64,000 nucleotides of DNA, from the NCBI RefSeq assembly GCF_009914755.1, contig NC_060942.1; one strand, given 5' to 3'. The translations under genes and the position numbers were made by a program. The DNA comes from the human T2T-CHM13v2.0 reference genome, Homo sapiens. Shown in pieces: positions 49,385-63,675 of this stretch (the stretch's first letter is position 1; every line of letters begins with the position of its first letter). The notes below the pieces were generated by a model, which saw nothing but the letters and a program-made list of their open reading frames with translations, was not told where the DNA came from and searched no databases.

Positions 49385-50482
49385 ACCAGGGAATTGTGTG
49401 CTGGGCTACCTTGCCTTCGCCTCAGCCTCCTTACATTGTCCACTGGGCCAATTAGAAATGTGGGAACAGTGGGTGAATTCTGCTGTTCAGGATTGCTTTT
49501 AAAGGGCCCAGCCACCCAGATGTCACATGCCACATGCTGTCTGGTATCTGTCTGGCAAGGGTCAGCTCAGGGATCACTCCTTCAGTTTCCCGACACTCCT
49601 TCCAGTCCAAACATGGTGGTGGGTTTTCACACCAATCCCACTTTGACAGCTGCAGCATTTCACGTGGGCCAGGGACTGTTGGGAAGAATCTACCCAAACA
49701 CACAAAGGGTTAAGTTTCTGATTCTATTGGTTAAGATACTGGTTTTTCATCAAAAATAAATGACCGCATAGGGCAGTGGCAGACACGGCTTACTTCAGAG
49801 ATGCTTCTCGTGGTTTCCAGAGCTGTCTTGGCATACATGCCTGCGTGTCCTGCAGACCACAGGGTAGAGTCACATCTTATCTGGAAAGCTCGAGTCTTCC
49901 TTGCCACTGCCCTTTCCAAACTGGGGACTTACGTGGCCATCCCCCAAAAAATTCAGTGCCAACTACTCCTAGTACCTCTGCTTCAGATTTCGTAAGCTCA
50001 TTTCTCCACATCTAAGTAGGTATCACATCTAAGTAGCTATCAATTCATTTCTGCCACAGCACTTATGACTGGTTTAATTACATATTTGCTTATTTACAGG
50101 CTTGTTGTTTTAACTCTCCCATAAGACCACAGGAAGTGGACTGCAGTCGTCTTCCCCCATCACTGAACATCCGCTGTCTACTATAGTGCCAAGCACATAG
50201 GTGTGTTCAATAAATATTCATCGAGCAAATGAGCAATATTCCACTCATTCCAAATCGTTTGGGATGGCTGCAGCTTAGGGTGCCTTATCATGGCAGGCGG
50301 GTGCTGAGACTTTTTGACTTAAAATGAAGACGAAATTGTCTAAGGCGCCATAAGCGAATTTTAAGGAGGGTAACAGTCAGATCTTAAATTAGTTGGGAGC
50401 TGTGCTGAGTGGGTAGGCACAAACAGGCATGTCTAGGCAGGAACCTGCTGCTGTGAGCTGCACAAGCAAGGAAGGTTTAAAT

Positions 50483-50708
50483 CAGGGGTGTCCAATGTTT
50501 TGACTTCCCTGGGCCACGCTGGAAGAATTGTCTTGGGCCACATATAAAATGCACTAACAATAGCTGGTGAGCTAAAACAAAACAAAACAAAAAACAAAAA
50601 ATTGCAGAAAAAGCTCATCTTTTAAGGAAGTTTACAAATTAGTGTTGGGTCGCATTAAAGCAATCATGGGCGGCGTGCAGCCCGTGGGCCATGGGTTGGA
50701 CAAGCATG
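50483..50708. mobile_element. MER30-like hAT DNA transposon
   Basis: caggggtgtccaat ... gggttggacaagcatg termini and a MER30-type body. Confidence 0.8.
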
Positions 50709-50749
50709 GAACTTTAAACCAAGGCGGGGCAGTGGGAGCGAGAGTCACT

Positions 50750-51350
50750 GTGCAGAACTGACAGGACTTTGTAACCAAACTGGACGTGAAGTCTAAGTGG
50801 AGGAACTAAAGATGAATTTCAAGTTTCCAGGGGGTGCCACAAAATAAATGGAATACAGGAGGAAGAGGAGATGAAAAGAGGGAAATCACGTTATATTTTA
50901 GAGGGTAAGGAATTCATGCAATGACCACTTAGGGAACTGGATATATGGTTTATAGCTCTGAAGTGACATCTGGCCTGGAGTTGAAGAAGTTGTATGTAAT
51001 CAGCTTACAGGTATTAAAGACTTGTGGAAAAACCAGATCATCCAAGGTTAAGTGTGTTAAAATCAAAGGCCCAAAGATGGAGTCCTTGGAAACCCCAATA
51101 TTCCAGTCAGACAGAAGAACTGAGATGAAGAAAACCCAGAGACAAGTCTTTCGGAGTCTAAGGAGAAAGTTTCAAAGACAGAGTTCTTAATGATGCTGCC
51201 AAGAAGCCATAGAAGGGAAAACTAAAGAGCAGTAGCTTTATTAAGCTACAGTACAAGCTAAGATGACGTTTCTGGGTCATTTTGGGAGTGGGGGTAGGGT
51301 ATGCAGGAAGAGAGCAGACAGAGGTAGCCGAGTATAGATGATTCTTTCCA
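50750..51350 (-). mobile_element. L2 fragment
   Basis: Purine-rich degenerate L2-like sequence (ggatatatggtttatagctctgaagtgacatctggcctggag). Confidence 0.5.
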
Positions 51351-51547
51351 GCAGCTTTGCGGACACCATGGAAAGATCATCTTCCCGTACTACTTTGTAG
51401 TATAATAAACTTTTCATGCATCCTTCAGGAAAGATTTAGCAGGAATAGTTTACATACTCCTAAAACAGACCTAGAAAACCTGGCATATAAGGCAAAAAGG
51501 AACCTAAGTCATTTAAATTTAAAGATATGAAATAGACGTTTTTATGA

Positions 51548-51876
<329 letters not shown>

Positions 51877-52120
51877 CCTGGCTTTCTTGTAATGGGAATT
51901 GTTTGGGGAAACCACAACATCCAACACAGGAATGACGCTGTGATTTTTAAAACTGCCCTGAACTGCTGTGCTTGCTTGAAATTAATGTCGACCTTAAGGC
52001 AATACCATTACCCATATTAATATTCTCCCAAGTAATAAAGGAATATCATAACTCTTCTATTATTGCTTTCACCTAACCTGTACTATTAAGGATAGAAAGA
52101 CTATTGAAGGGCAACTATAA

Positions 52121-52373
<253 letters not shown>

Positions 52374-52474
52374 AGTATGTCAATTGCTTGTTACAGAAAT
52401 TATAAACTCACAGGAAAATATTCATTATTTGAAGCAGAGCTGTCCTAAGATAATGCACACAAACCAACAAAAGA

Positions 52475-52817
52475 CTATTTAACAAAAATATTTAATGCTG
52501 CCAAAAAGTATAAAAATACAGTAGGAATGGCAGTACAATACAAAGTAATCTCTCCTAATTTATTTCTTGTACATCTTTCTACATTTCATACACTCATTAA
52601 AAACACTTAACACATCCAATTAAAGGTTCTGCAAAGTCTTCTGCTGGTGGGTGCTCTTCATCCCCTGGATGTAAAGTTTACTTTGTAAACAAACAACTGT
52701 GAGGCAATCTAGAGGGTTAGCGAGCCTCACTTTAGTTTCCGGAGTGGGCTTCAGGTCTTGCTTTGCACATCAATGGTTCAAAATTTATAGCTGCAGAATA
52801 TTCTCAAGTCATGAATA
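52475..52817 (-). other. PTPN2: PTPN2 exon 10 3' UTR
   Basis: Follows the TC45 stop; AATAAA at 52564-52559 and ATTAAA at 52496-52491; cleavage site approximate. Confidence 0.85.
52491..52564 (-). terminator. Polyadenylation signals of PTPN2 exon 10
   Basis: AATAAA (52564-52559) and ATTAAA (52496-52491) on the minus strand. Confidence 0.75.
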
Positions 52818-52839
52818 TTAGGTGTCTGTCAATCTTGGC
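52818..52839 (-). CDS. PTPN2: PTPN2 exon 10 coding part (TC45 C-terminus PRLTDT*)
   Basis: Acceptor cttattttatgttttAG|G at 52841-52840, then CCA AGA TTG ACA GAC ACC TAA. Confidence 0.95.
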
Positions 52840-54279
52840 CTAAAACATAAAATAAGAAGTCATCTATTCAATTCATATTTACCAAACACACAGACGAACA
52901 TAGATGCACACAAACATAAAAGGACTAACAATGAACTGAGAAGGTGACCAAAAATCATTCCCACATGACACATTCAACCACACTAAGTGCTGCACTGTTA
53001 TCTTAGGGTAAAACGGCTGGGGTGCTGAATTTCCAAACGATGGTGGTGTGACGCAGCCTCATGTGGAAGCATCGTGACTTATATTCTTCTTCAAGAATTA
53101 TGTGAATTCTTAAGGTCATCTTATTTTACTCAAGAAGTGACCTCTGTGTGATACCGACAGACAGACAGGTTTTAAAAATAATGTACCCACAAGAATTTAG
53201 CAAGACTTTATAGTATGTGCTAGACTTACCAATACTTTGGAATTCAATGCAAAAGTCTAATCCAATTTGGACCTCCACTGTGTAATACTGCTAAAAATAT
53301 TATCAACATAATGTTTGAACATAAAGTTGGCCTATATTTTTAAACCACAGGTTGTTAGCAGATGCTTTTTGTCCTGAAGGATAATACTAACAATTATATC
53401 TACCGAAATGAAGTGACCCAATCTTAAGCTACTACTAATATAAAATACATAATTGACAGATTTATTGTATTTTAATGCCATAAAGTAAAAATAAATGAGA
53501 ATTCAAATAAGCAACAGATGGATGGAATGACTATTGTAAGGGCAGTTGAGTTTTTGATGTCACCTCCCAAACTTTGCAAGTAACAACTTTTTAGGAGGTC
53601 AATGGTATTTCCATTCTTCCCCTAACTCCCCTCAGTACCGCAAAACCTCCAAATCTAAGTACTTGTCAGTATTGTATCTTCACATATATATTAAGAAATA
53701 GGAAATACAAATCATATCCACACATTTAGTCAAAAACTCCCAAATGCTGAGAATTAGGCTACTCCCTTTAAAGACAGGGCACTTGGCATAATTGTACCAA
53801 GCACCTTGGTGTTCTGAACGTCCTTTTTTTCTCTGATTATCCAACAGTGACGGAGAAATGTCAAGTCATCAAGAAAACATTCTCATTAGATAATGTGAGC
53901 CCACAACTACTATGGGTGTTTATTACATGAATCTTCAGAATGTGAACCAAAGTGGCTGAAGGTACTTTGTATTGATTCTGAGTGCTGCAAAATATATATG
54001 TTTTCCATGCATCCAGAAGTCTTTTTAAAATAAGCAACTCAATTCAATCAAAGTGAATGAAGTAATGATCTGGTTTAGAGAATACTCTGATGTTCTAGTA
54101 TTTCTCTGTTGCAGTGGTAGTTCAAACTGGTGCACAAAGTTTTTTAAATGTGCTCCATTTAAAAACTAGAGAATTACTTTGGATTTTAACAGGTAAGAGT
54201 GGTTGTCTATTACTTTCCCACTTAAATATCTCATTTAAATATTCCATTAAAAACAGAGTCCGTGTAACATAAAAGAAAA

Positions 54280-54470
54280 AGTATGAGGTTTGGAGTTACT
54301 GGAAGTCTACAGATTGCAGAGTGAATCTCAGTTCTGTCATGTACTAGCTGTGCAATCTTGGGCAAGTTACTTATTCTTTGACTCAGTTTTCTCATCTGAA
54401 TATAGGGAGAATGCTGTTTACCTAGAAGAGGTGTTACGTGGGTTAAATTTAGATTATGTATTTAAGCTGG
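54280..54470 (+). mobile_element. MIR
   Basis: actagctgtgcaatcttgggcaagttacttattctttgactcagttttctcatctgaa core. Confidence 0.75.
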
Positions 54471-55425
54471 CTGGCAGAATTTTAAGTGTTCACCATACCT
54501 CATGTCCTTCCCCAGTATTTTGTTACAGATATACTTACCAAGAATGAACTATCATTTATAACAACTGAAGGACGGGGTTTTTAAAAATTCACGTTATTAT
54601 TTCTTTGTAAATATTATTCAGGGTGGGGGGGTAAGAAAATACGGTTAAATCATTGGGAGGCTTAATTGTTTTAAAGACTTTACTTGCAAGACTGAAAAGA
54701 CAAATGGGCTCCATTTTAGAAAATTCTAATAGATTCACTTGAATCAATTTTTGCTATTTTTATTTAAAAAGGCAAAGGCAGGAGAAACGGGTTCAAATAA
54801 GTCAAATGAAACAAACGTGGTGCTTTCTGTGGAGACAGTGGCTCTGACACACCACTTTATGCTAGAAAGGCGCAAGGGCCGGGTGGGTGTGGACAGAGGG
54901 TCCACTACCAAGTCAGCTCTATGCCTGAGGCCACGAAAAGCCAAATTGCACCAAGAATAGGTTTTGCCACCAGATATCCACACTAATATTCTACTAAACT
55001 GAATTGAGGCTAATCAGAAACTTCTCTTAAGGTGCAAAGATGCTCTACAGATGACTTACCTAGGTTCCCGCTCCTGAATTAACTAAACTCAAAATAACTG
55101 AAGTTTTTAACAGCAGAAATTTGATGTATCAAGAGCAACCTGTGTCTGAAAAATATGCCAAATTAGAGCCACAATAAAGAATAACTTGATGCGTCTTTAA
55201 AAAATGGTCTGTATAAAGAAAAAAATTCCTGTGCAATTCTTGGAGCTCCTCAAAACATACTGTATAACGTAAAACCAGAAAGTCGTGAAGCAGTTTCTGT
55301 AACATCTTCACCAAATTGCATAATTCCCACCTTCCATTCTAAATTTAAAAAAATAAAGTAGGAAGAGTTCAAAAGTTTGAACTTTTCAAATTCTCCCAAT
55401 GGATCGCCCAGAGAGGGGGGTCAGG

Positions 55426-55428
<3 letters not shown>

Positions 55429-55457
<29 letters not shown>

Positions 55458-55573
55458 AGAGTGGGGTTTCACCGTGTTGCCCAGGCTGGTCTCGAACCCC
55501 TGGGCTCAAATGATTCTCCAGCCTCGGCCTCCCAAAGTACTGGGATTACAGGAGTGAGTTACCAAGCCAGGCC
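55429..55573 (-). mobile_element. Alu left monomer (FLAM-like)
   Basis: T tract plus left monomer; TSD ggtcagggct. Confidence 0.85.
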
Positions 55574-56857
55574 TGGTCAGGGCTCTTTGAAATGTTTTCC
55601 TTGTCAGACTGTTACCCTTTAGAGACAAGGCCTCACAAACCAAGTAAACACTTCTATCCATCACTCCTTACAGTCGGCGATGGCTTCATGCTGGGCTAAA
55701 TAGTATACAACAGGAGAAAAGGCTCAGCAATGGCAGTGAGGAAAAATGCTCCCTTCCCTGAAGGACAATGAGTCTTTCCAGAACCCAGGAGACAGGGGAG
55801 ACAGCCTTAGGAGAAAGCACATGTACAGCATTGCTCAATGCTGTTCTTGGAGCAATCTGAATGTGCTAAATATTCAGAAAATTCCTGCTGCCGAGGGAAA
55901 AATAACCAAACTCATACTATTTTCCTAGAAGTTCTTACTTAAATAATACTACCCAAAGAGGAGTGAAAAGCTTAAATTCTCAAATCTGGATGAACAACAT
56001 AATGGCTGTATTGGGAGCAGGCACACAGAACATAGCCACTGAGTGTACAGTTTTGGAACTGGAGAGCTCTTGGTAGAGCAGGGATTGAGGAGTCCACACA
56101 ATCTGAGCTGCTTTCCACCAAGGCATGTTACCCCTTATACATATTCACTGGAACAAAGACAGCTGTATTTTCTAGTATATCTGCACTTCTAGGGGCAGGT
56201 GGGATTACAGGAGTGAGTTACCAAGCCAGGCCCAGTCAGGGCTCTTGGCAATGCTGTCCCATAGACACTGCTTTGAAGATAGCTATAAGGGAAAGTGGAA
56301 TTGAAACGAAACAAATGAACGGGGGAGAAGGATGAGTGGAACAGGTCAACTCCAGAGTAAACCATACAGGTGGTTTTTAAATCGTGAAAAAATACATTTC
56401 TATTCTTCAAAATTTTATTTATAAAATTCTAGGCCTCTACCATGTAAATATGCCAAAGCCAAATAAGGGTTTCTTAAAAGTAAAAGAGACTTCATTAGCT
56501 GTTGGTGTATCAATGGGAACGCAGAACAGGCATTTCTGCTGTGCAGTTAGTTCTGCTATGCACTGTGCGTCCAGCACAGCCAGGCGAGGGAGGACCTCAG
56601 ACATCTCCCCTGCAGGGTGCAACAGACTGAGAGCAATCTATGCCCCGGCTACACATCACTGAGAACCCATGTGTGCACCTGCTAGAAAAACAGATAAACC
56701 AATGTTTATAGAACTGGAACTCCTGCCTGAACACAGAAAGAAATGGACTACATGCCTAATGACATTTGGCTTATAATAGACTACATTTTTAAAAAACATA
56801 TATTTATAAATAATCTTTAAAATATCTTTATTTTTATATCTATTTTATATATCTCTC

Positions 56858-56956
56858 TGTATGTGTGTGTGTGTGTGTGTATATATATGTATGTATATAT
56901 GTATTATGAGAGACAGAGAGAGAGAGGGAGAGAGAGACAAATATACAGAGAGAGAC
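56858..56956. repeat. Compound (TG)n/(TA)n/(GA)n microsatellite at an Alu tail
   Basis: Seen directly. Confidence 0.85.
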
Positions 56957-57220
56957 AAGTCTCCTCTACTGCCCAGGCTGGAGTGCAATGGCTCCATCAT
57001 AGTTCACTGCAGCCTCAAACTTCTGTGCTTATGTGATCCTCCTGCCTCAGCCTCTTGAGTAGCTGGGACTACAGGCACGTGCCAACATACCCAGCTAAAT
57101 TTTTCTTTTTTTTTTAAGTAGAGACCCAGGCTGATCTTGAACAAACTCCTGGGCTCAAGCAATCCTCCCACCTTGGCCTCCCAAAGTTCTGGGAATACAG
57201 GTGTGAGCTACTGTGACCAG
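56950..57220 (-). mobile_element. Alu (J-type)
   Basis: Diverged Alu. Confidence 0.87.
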
Positions 57221-57469
57221 CAAAGATCTCTTTAAACATGTGTATCTGAAAAGTAAAAATCAAGGCAGGCTAGATTTTTAAGTCTGTACAACAACCAGGC
57301 AGGCAATTTGGGAATGTAGGTACTCATTATGGTATACAATAGTCAACCAAAACACTTTTAATACCACCAGGTTCTGGTCTGGAACTAGATATGTAATCTA
57401 GTCAGGGATATTTTTTCTCAGAGGGAAGTGAGTTGCAGTTGCAGTCTTCCTTTGATAATTATCTACTTC

Positions 57470-57640
57470 TAGGACATGTTACACATCTGAGACTTTTCAA
57501 AGACAGCACCATAAAAGGATGGAGAAATGCCAGTTTCAGGCTAACAATAACTACTTCATAAAATTGTGTTGAGGATTAAGTAGGGTAATACGTAAAGAAA
57601 AAATACAGTGTCTGGCATACAGTAAACCATCAATAAATGG
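57470..57640 (+). mobile_element. MIR fragment
   Basis: ttgtgttgaggattaagtag...cagtgtctggcatacagtaaaccatcaataaatg. Confidence 0.6.
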
Positions 57641-59219
57641 TGCTTTGAACTGACTGTTGAAAGCAAAGGAGTTGATATAAAAACTGGAAGACTGTTTCAT
57701 ATCATAAACTGCTTTTTAAACCAATACACATTTTTCGATTCATACCACCAACTTTAGTTTAAGACAAAGAGGACAGGCACAAGTGCACATTAGCTTACAG
57801 TCAGAACCCCTTCTGCTGACATACCATTAAAAGAAAATGATTAACACATTTTTTTTCTTCCTTTCTCTTTTCTTGGTCATTCCTTGGTAGAAATATTAAA
57901 ACAATAATGAAATGGACTAAGAACATAAAAGGACCACAAGAGAGAAAACCTCACAAATGTATAAAGTCTCCTCTAACACAAGAAATGGTCTAAAGTCCTC
58001 CATGTGCTTATTACATGTTACTTTTCTTAACCCTTTAAGAATGCAGAAAATGGGTATTTTCATTTTTATATGGATACATTAAACATGGAGAATTATATTT
58101 TTACATTCTATATATGTGCAAGCATAGATAAAACTCAGTCATAGGCTAACATAAAATAAATACTTGGTTAATATTGGAAAGGAATATATAACTTGTTGGT
58201 GTAGCTAGAGAACACAGCATTAAACCAAAGGTTGCTGTCAATCTATTAGCAGAAATAGATATGAGTGGAAATGAACTAGATATGAATTAAAAACTCCTGA
58301 AAATAAAAGAAACATTTTTTTTATAATTTTTTCTTCCTTAAGCAACACTATGTCATTCATGTCAAAGTATATATCTGACTCTTAAAATCTGTTAAAATTA
58401 GAAAATATTTAATATTATGAGGACCTAAGGATACAACAAGTTTTTTAAAGCTGTAGAACCCATCTAGAATTGCTAACTTTTTCCTCTGGCTGTTACCAGA
58501 GAAGGCAGCCACGTCTGTCTCTTTGACCAGCACACCTCATTCAATAAAAAGTCAGGACTTTTTATCATGGGCACAACACGATGTCATGTGTTTTCATGAC
58601 ATCCACCAAAAAATATTATTACTGGTAAAAACTGAACACTATTTAAAGCATCCACTGTCAATGCCCTTCTCAAGGATCTGCTCAGAGAAGGAAAGATGAC
58701 TAACCTTAGAAGTGTACCAACAAGTGTTCATCACACTGAATGTGGTTTTAAAAATATATGCGACACCACCCAGAAGGACAGAAAGCATACAGAAAGCAAA
58801 GCGTAAGCCAATGAAGCGCATTCAGCCAGCTGAGGGGTGAGGCACGTCCTCTCTGGCACTGGCTTCCTCAAGTCTTCACCTGTGTACCGAAAGCAAGCCT
58901 AGTTTCAACTGGAAATGTCATAAGGTCTACCTGTATGTGACTTGCAGAGTAACATAAACATACTGCATTTAGCAAAGACAAACCAATGCAAACTGGAAAG
59001 AGGTTTTAAACCAATAACAACCTGAAATGTAAGGGTCTTGGATGCCTCAACACAGGTTTAATGCAGACAGACATAAAAAAATGTCCCTCTTACCTCCTCT
59101 CCATTTCAAGGTTACAGGACACAGTAATACTGAATCAGGACACAGGCACATGTTATATAAATCTTATTTAATATGTAGTACCACCTACATCCTGCTTTCA
59201 TACTTTCAACATAATTTAA

Positions 59220-59582
<363 letters not shown>

Positions 59583-59589
59583 CAAACTG

Positions 59590-59892
59590 TTTTTTTTGTT
59601 TGTTTCTTTTGAGATGGAGTCTCGCTCTGTCGCCCTGGCTGGAGTGCAGTGACGTGATCTCAGCTCACTGCAACCTCCATCTCCTGGGTTCAAGCAATTC
59701 TCCTACCTCAGCCTCCTGAGTAGCTGAGATTACAGGTGCCCTCCACCATGCCCAGCTAATTTTTGCATTTTTAGTAGAGATGGTGTTTCACCACGTTGGC
59801 CAGGCTGGTCTTGAACTCCTGACCTCAGGTGATCTGCCCACTTCAGCCTCCCAAAGTGCTGGGATTACAGGCATGAGCCACCGCGCCCGACC
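59590..59892 (-). mobile_element. Alu (S-type)
   Basis: Full Alu; caaactgttttt repeated at the junctions. Confidence 0.92.
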
Positions 59893-60249
59893 AAACTGTT
59901 TTTAAATGATAACTGCCCCCTTTAAAATACTTAAGCCTTATGCAGAAATCTTATGTGGCATATAAAGAGACAAGGCAGAGATGCTGTGGTTGAAAGTAAC
60001 CTCTTGACCCACCTGGACATCCAATGAGCATAGTTTGAAAACCACTGAAATAAGGTATGCTATCCATAATAATGTATGCTATCCATGCCTCCTAGCAATT
60101 AAATTTGTAACAACAATTTCAAGTTTAAGTAAGACAAATTAAACACTGAATGGAATGTTGAAATCTGAGGAAAGCTAGCATTCAAATGAGCAGTTAAATT
60201 CATTAAACAGTTTGCTTTAAAAAATATTAAGTTAAAATGACAATGTAAG

Positions 60250-61275
60250 GTTTGCATATAATCATACTATTTATTGAAGTAGAAAGAAACTGAAAAGTGT
60301 TTACTTCAAAACTTCAGTCTAGTAAACTGAAATTATGAATCATAAAATGCTGCTTCTTACTTTTGCTTCCTAAATCATAATCTACCCCAACTACATTGAA
60401 ATTTTCATGAAAAATAAACATATCAATAATGGGATTTACAGAAACCAATTTCTTTACAAAGTCTTGACCAACTGTTTACCTGACTATCCCAGTAAGGAGA
60501 ATTTTCCTTCAAAGATATTTTTAGGAAAAACTTTTGTTTCTTTGTTTGCTTTTCTTTTTAAAATGGGGAAAACTGTAAAACATAAAAGAAATGCAATATA
60601 TAGTAGAAATTGCTTATTCCAACTTCTAACTGCTCATATCAAACTTCTCTTTAGAAAAATGGAAAATGTATCCAGTACAATTCAATCGACATACAATTTT
60701 TTTTTTTAGTAACAGATTTTTCAAATTGAGCTCTTAAAAAGTACAGTTAACTACAAAAGATTAAATAGATACTTATAAAATATATTTACCCTGAAATGCT
60801 TAAGAATAAAAGTGTTGATGCCCATGTCAATAGTACATTATACATTACACACATTATTTAAATGTCATTTTCTTTCCAATAACGTAGATAAAACCACAAT
60901 ATTTATTGCTTATATCAAGTGCAGGTTAAAATCCAGATAGCCTCCAAAAACAAATCCTGTGATAAAGGATATCTCAATGTTGGTCAGGTGAAATACTGTG
61001 TTTGACATGTATGAATACAGTTGCAAAATTTACCAGTTTTTAACAAACATGAATGTCTTTATTTTAGACAGCCATTTACAGTTTGGGGTTCAGAGGAACC
61101 TGCAGTCAAGAGTCCTGAGATGTTGGGCTTGTGACTGTAAATATCACTTATCTGGTTGATGTCTATTCTACTGCACCGTTTTTGGGATATGAGGCGTTTG
61201 CTGCAGACAAACCCCTATGATTAATGTAGCACTGTCAGTTACTAGTGCAGAAGCTTGCTGGGCAAAATTAATTGT
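60250..61275 (-). other. PTPN2: PTPN2 TC48 3' UTR with several candidate poly(A) signals (may extend further into the Alus at ~59300)
   Basis: AU-rich sequence after the stop; AATAAA at 61063-61058, 60907-60902 and 60275-60270. Confidence 0.7.
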
Positions 61276-61483
61276 TTATAGGGCATTTTGCTGAAAAAAC
61301 AGTGTCCAGCCAACAAAAGCGCCAACCAAAATGACTGACATAAACCCCATCTTAGTGAGAATAGGTTGCCAATATAACCACCTTTTTCTTTTTCGTTCAT
61401 TCTCATTTAGCCTCTGTTTCATCTGCTGCACCTTCTGAGCTGTGGTGGCCTTTCTGTCCTCTCGAATACGTTTCCGTAGAGCA
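61276..61483 (-). CDS. PTPN2: PTPN2 exon 9, long form: C-terminal 68 aa of TC48 (basic NLS region plus hydrophobic ER-anchoring tail)
   Basis: Translates to ALRKRIREDRKATTAQKVQQMKQRLNENERKRKRWLYWQPILTKMGFMSVILVGAFVGWTLFFQQNAL*, recognised as the TC-PTP C-terminus; acceptor ttttatttcctcatAG at 61485-61484; TAA at 61278-61276. Confidence 0.97.
61382..61483 (-). CDS. PTPN2: PTPN2 exon 9, short form (102 nt, used by TC45)
   Basis: Internal donor AAAAG|GTGGTT (GT at 61381-61380); phase 2 matches the exon 10 acceptor, giving RKRKR-PRLTDT. Confidence 0.93.
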
Positions 61484-61635
61484 CTATGAGGAAATAAAAA
61501 CAAGTGAAAGGAAGTGCACACAGAGCAGGACTTGAGTACTCTAACACAGAGGACCTAGGCGCAAATAAAACCATCCACATAGTTTTCACCCTATTTGAAC
61601 ACTGGAATAATGAGGGGAAAAGCCTCAATATTCTT

Positions 61636-61921
61636 TTGAGACAGCGTCTTGCTCTGTCACCCAGCCTGGAGTGCAGTGGTACAATCTTGGTTCACTGCAA
61701 CCTCTGCCTCCCACGCTCAAGTGATTCTCGTGCCTCAGCCTCCCAAGTAACTGAGACTGCAGGCGTGCACCACTATGCCCAGCTAATTTTTTGTATTTTT
61801 AGTAGAGACAGGGTTTTGCCATGTTGGCCAGGCTGGTCTTGAACTCCTGACCTCAAGCAATTCACCCGCCTTGGCCTCCCAAAGTCCTGAGATTACAGGT
61901 GTGAGCCACGGCGCCCGGCCA
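61636..61921 (-). mobile_element. Alu with almost no tail, ~150 bp upstream of the exon 9 acceptor
   Basis: TSD gaaaagcctcaatattcttt on both sides. Confidence 0.92.
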
Positions 61922-62183
61922 AGAAAAGCCTCAATATTCTTTAATGATTCAGAGATGTACCTTGACAACCATTCCTGGTACAGTTTTATATTGATAACTG
62001 CTTTTAGTGGGACCTGAAAATAAGCAAGGTACTTTCTTGACACGTGAATTGATGACTGTTAGTTTTCTTTCCTTCCTTGTTAACTAGTCAGCAGGAGCAG
62101 GAGTGGGAAGACAAGGGGGTACCACTTGCATCTGATCCCATTTCCTGGTCACGTTTGATGGTTAAGGCTCTTATAAAAGCTAG

Positions 62184-62653
<470 letters not shown>

Positions 62654-63019
62654 TAAATAATAATGCCATCCAGCTACTCAGGAGGACGGCTTAAGCCCAG
62701 GAATTCAAGTCCAGCTTGTGCAATATAGCAAGTCTTGCCTCTCTATAAAAGCACACCCACAAAAACAAAAAAACGGCCAATGGCAACATATAGGTTACTA
62801 TTTCTTCCATTCCCTCTTTTCACTTTTCTGTATTACAGCAAAGGCCTAACCAGCTTCCCTGCCCTCAAATTAAATATTATTGCCATGGTAATTTTTCTAG
62901 AGCATACCCCTGGACACGTAGCTTGATTTAAAATCTTTTTTTTTTTTTTTTTCGTTACCGGGCCTAGTGCACGATGGTGCTTAAAAATCTCAAATGCCTC
63001 TTCAATGTCTCCTACATTG

Positions 63020-63675
63020 AGACTACCTTTTTCCTGGCCAAGACGTTTAACCTGAATTTAACTATGATAAATAATGATTAAAGAAATGCATTGTATGGGG
63101 CATTCTAAAAGATATCTGGCCTAGAAGCTTCAAAAATACAAATGTCAAGCAAGGAAGAAAAAGGCAGGGAACAGTTCCAGATTAAAGGAGACCAAAGAAT
63201 CACATCAACTAAATATAGTATCAATCTTTGATTAATCTTGAAATATTTTTTAAACAGCTACAGAAGTTGGGATCAGGAAAATGTTCTAAAATTAGATCGT
63301 GGTGCCAGCTACACAATTTGGTAAATATATTAAAAGTCACTGAATTGTATACTTTAAATGAGTAAACTTTATGCTATATAAATTATATTTCCATAAAACT
63401 TTATTAAAAAAGCTATATGGTGAATCTTTCAGACAAAAGAAATCTGAATTGAACTATGTATTAGAATATTTTAATCAATGTTACACTTCTTTGGTGTACT
63501 GGAACCTTCTCTCCCCAAGAGATTGTTAGTGGGAATGTAAAATGGTTCAGCTGCCACAGAAAACAGTTTGACAGCTCCTCAAAAAGTTAAACATAGAGTT
63601 ACCATATGACCTAGCAATTCCACTCCTAGATATGTACCCAAGAGAACTGAGAACACATGTCCATGCAAACGCTTG
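63020..63675 (+). mobile_element. Old L1 fragments (L1M 3' UTR) in PTPN2 intron 8
   Basis: gggaatgtaaaatggttcag...aaacatagagttaccatatgacctagcaattccactcctagatatgtaccc. Confidence 0.7.

Noticed and set aside
50007-50040. 17-bp tandem duplication cacatctaagtag(g/c)tat
   Set aside because: Ordinary slippage duplication with no functional cue
54533-54541. Isolated donor TTG|GTAAGT in the last PTPN2 intron
   Set aside because: No convincing partner acceptor identified
61484-61521. N-terminal [12 protein letters not shown] of the 81-aa ORF
   Set aside because: Intron 8 polypyrimidine tract upstream of the real acceptor
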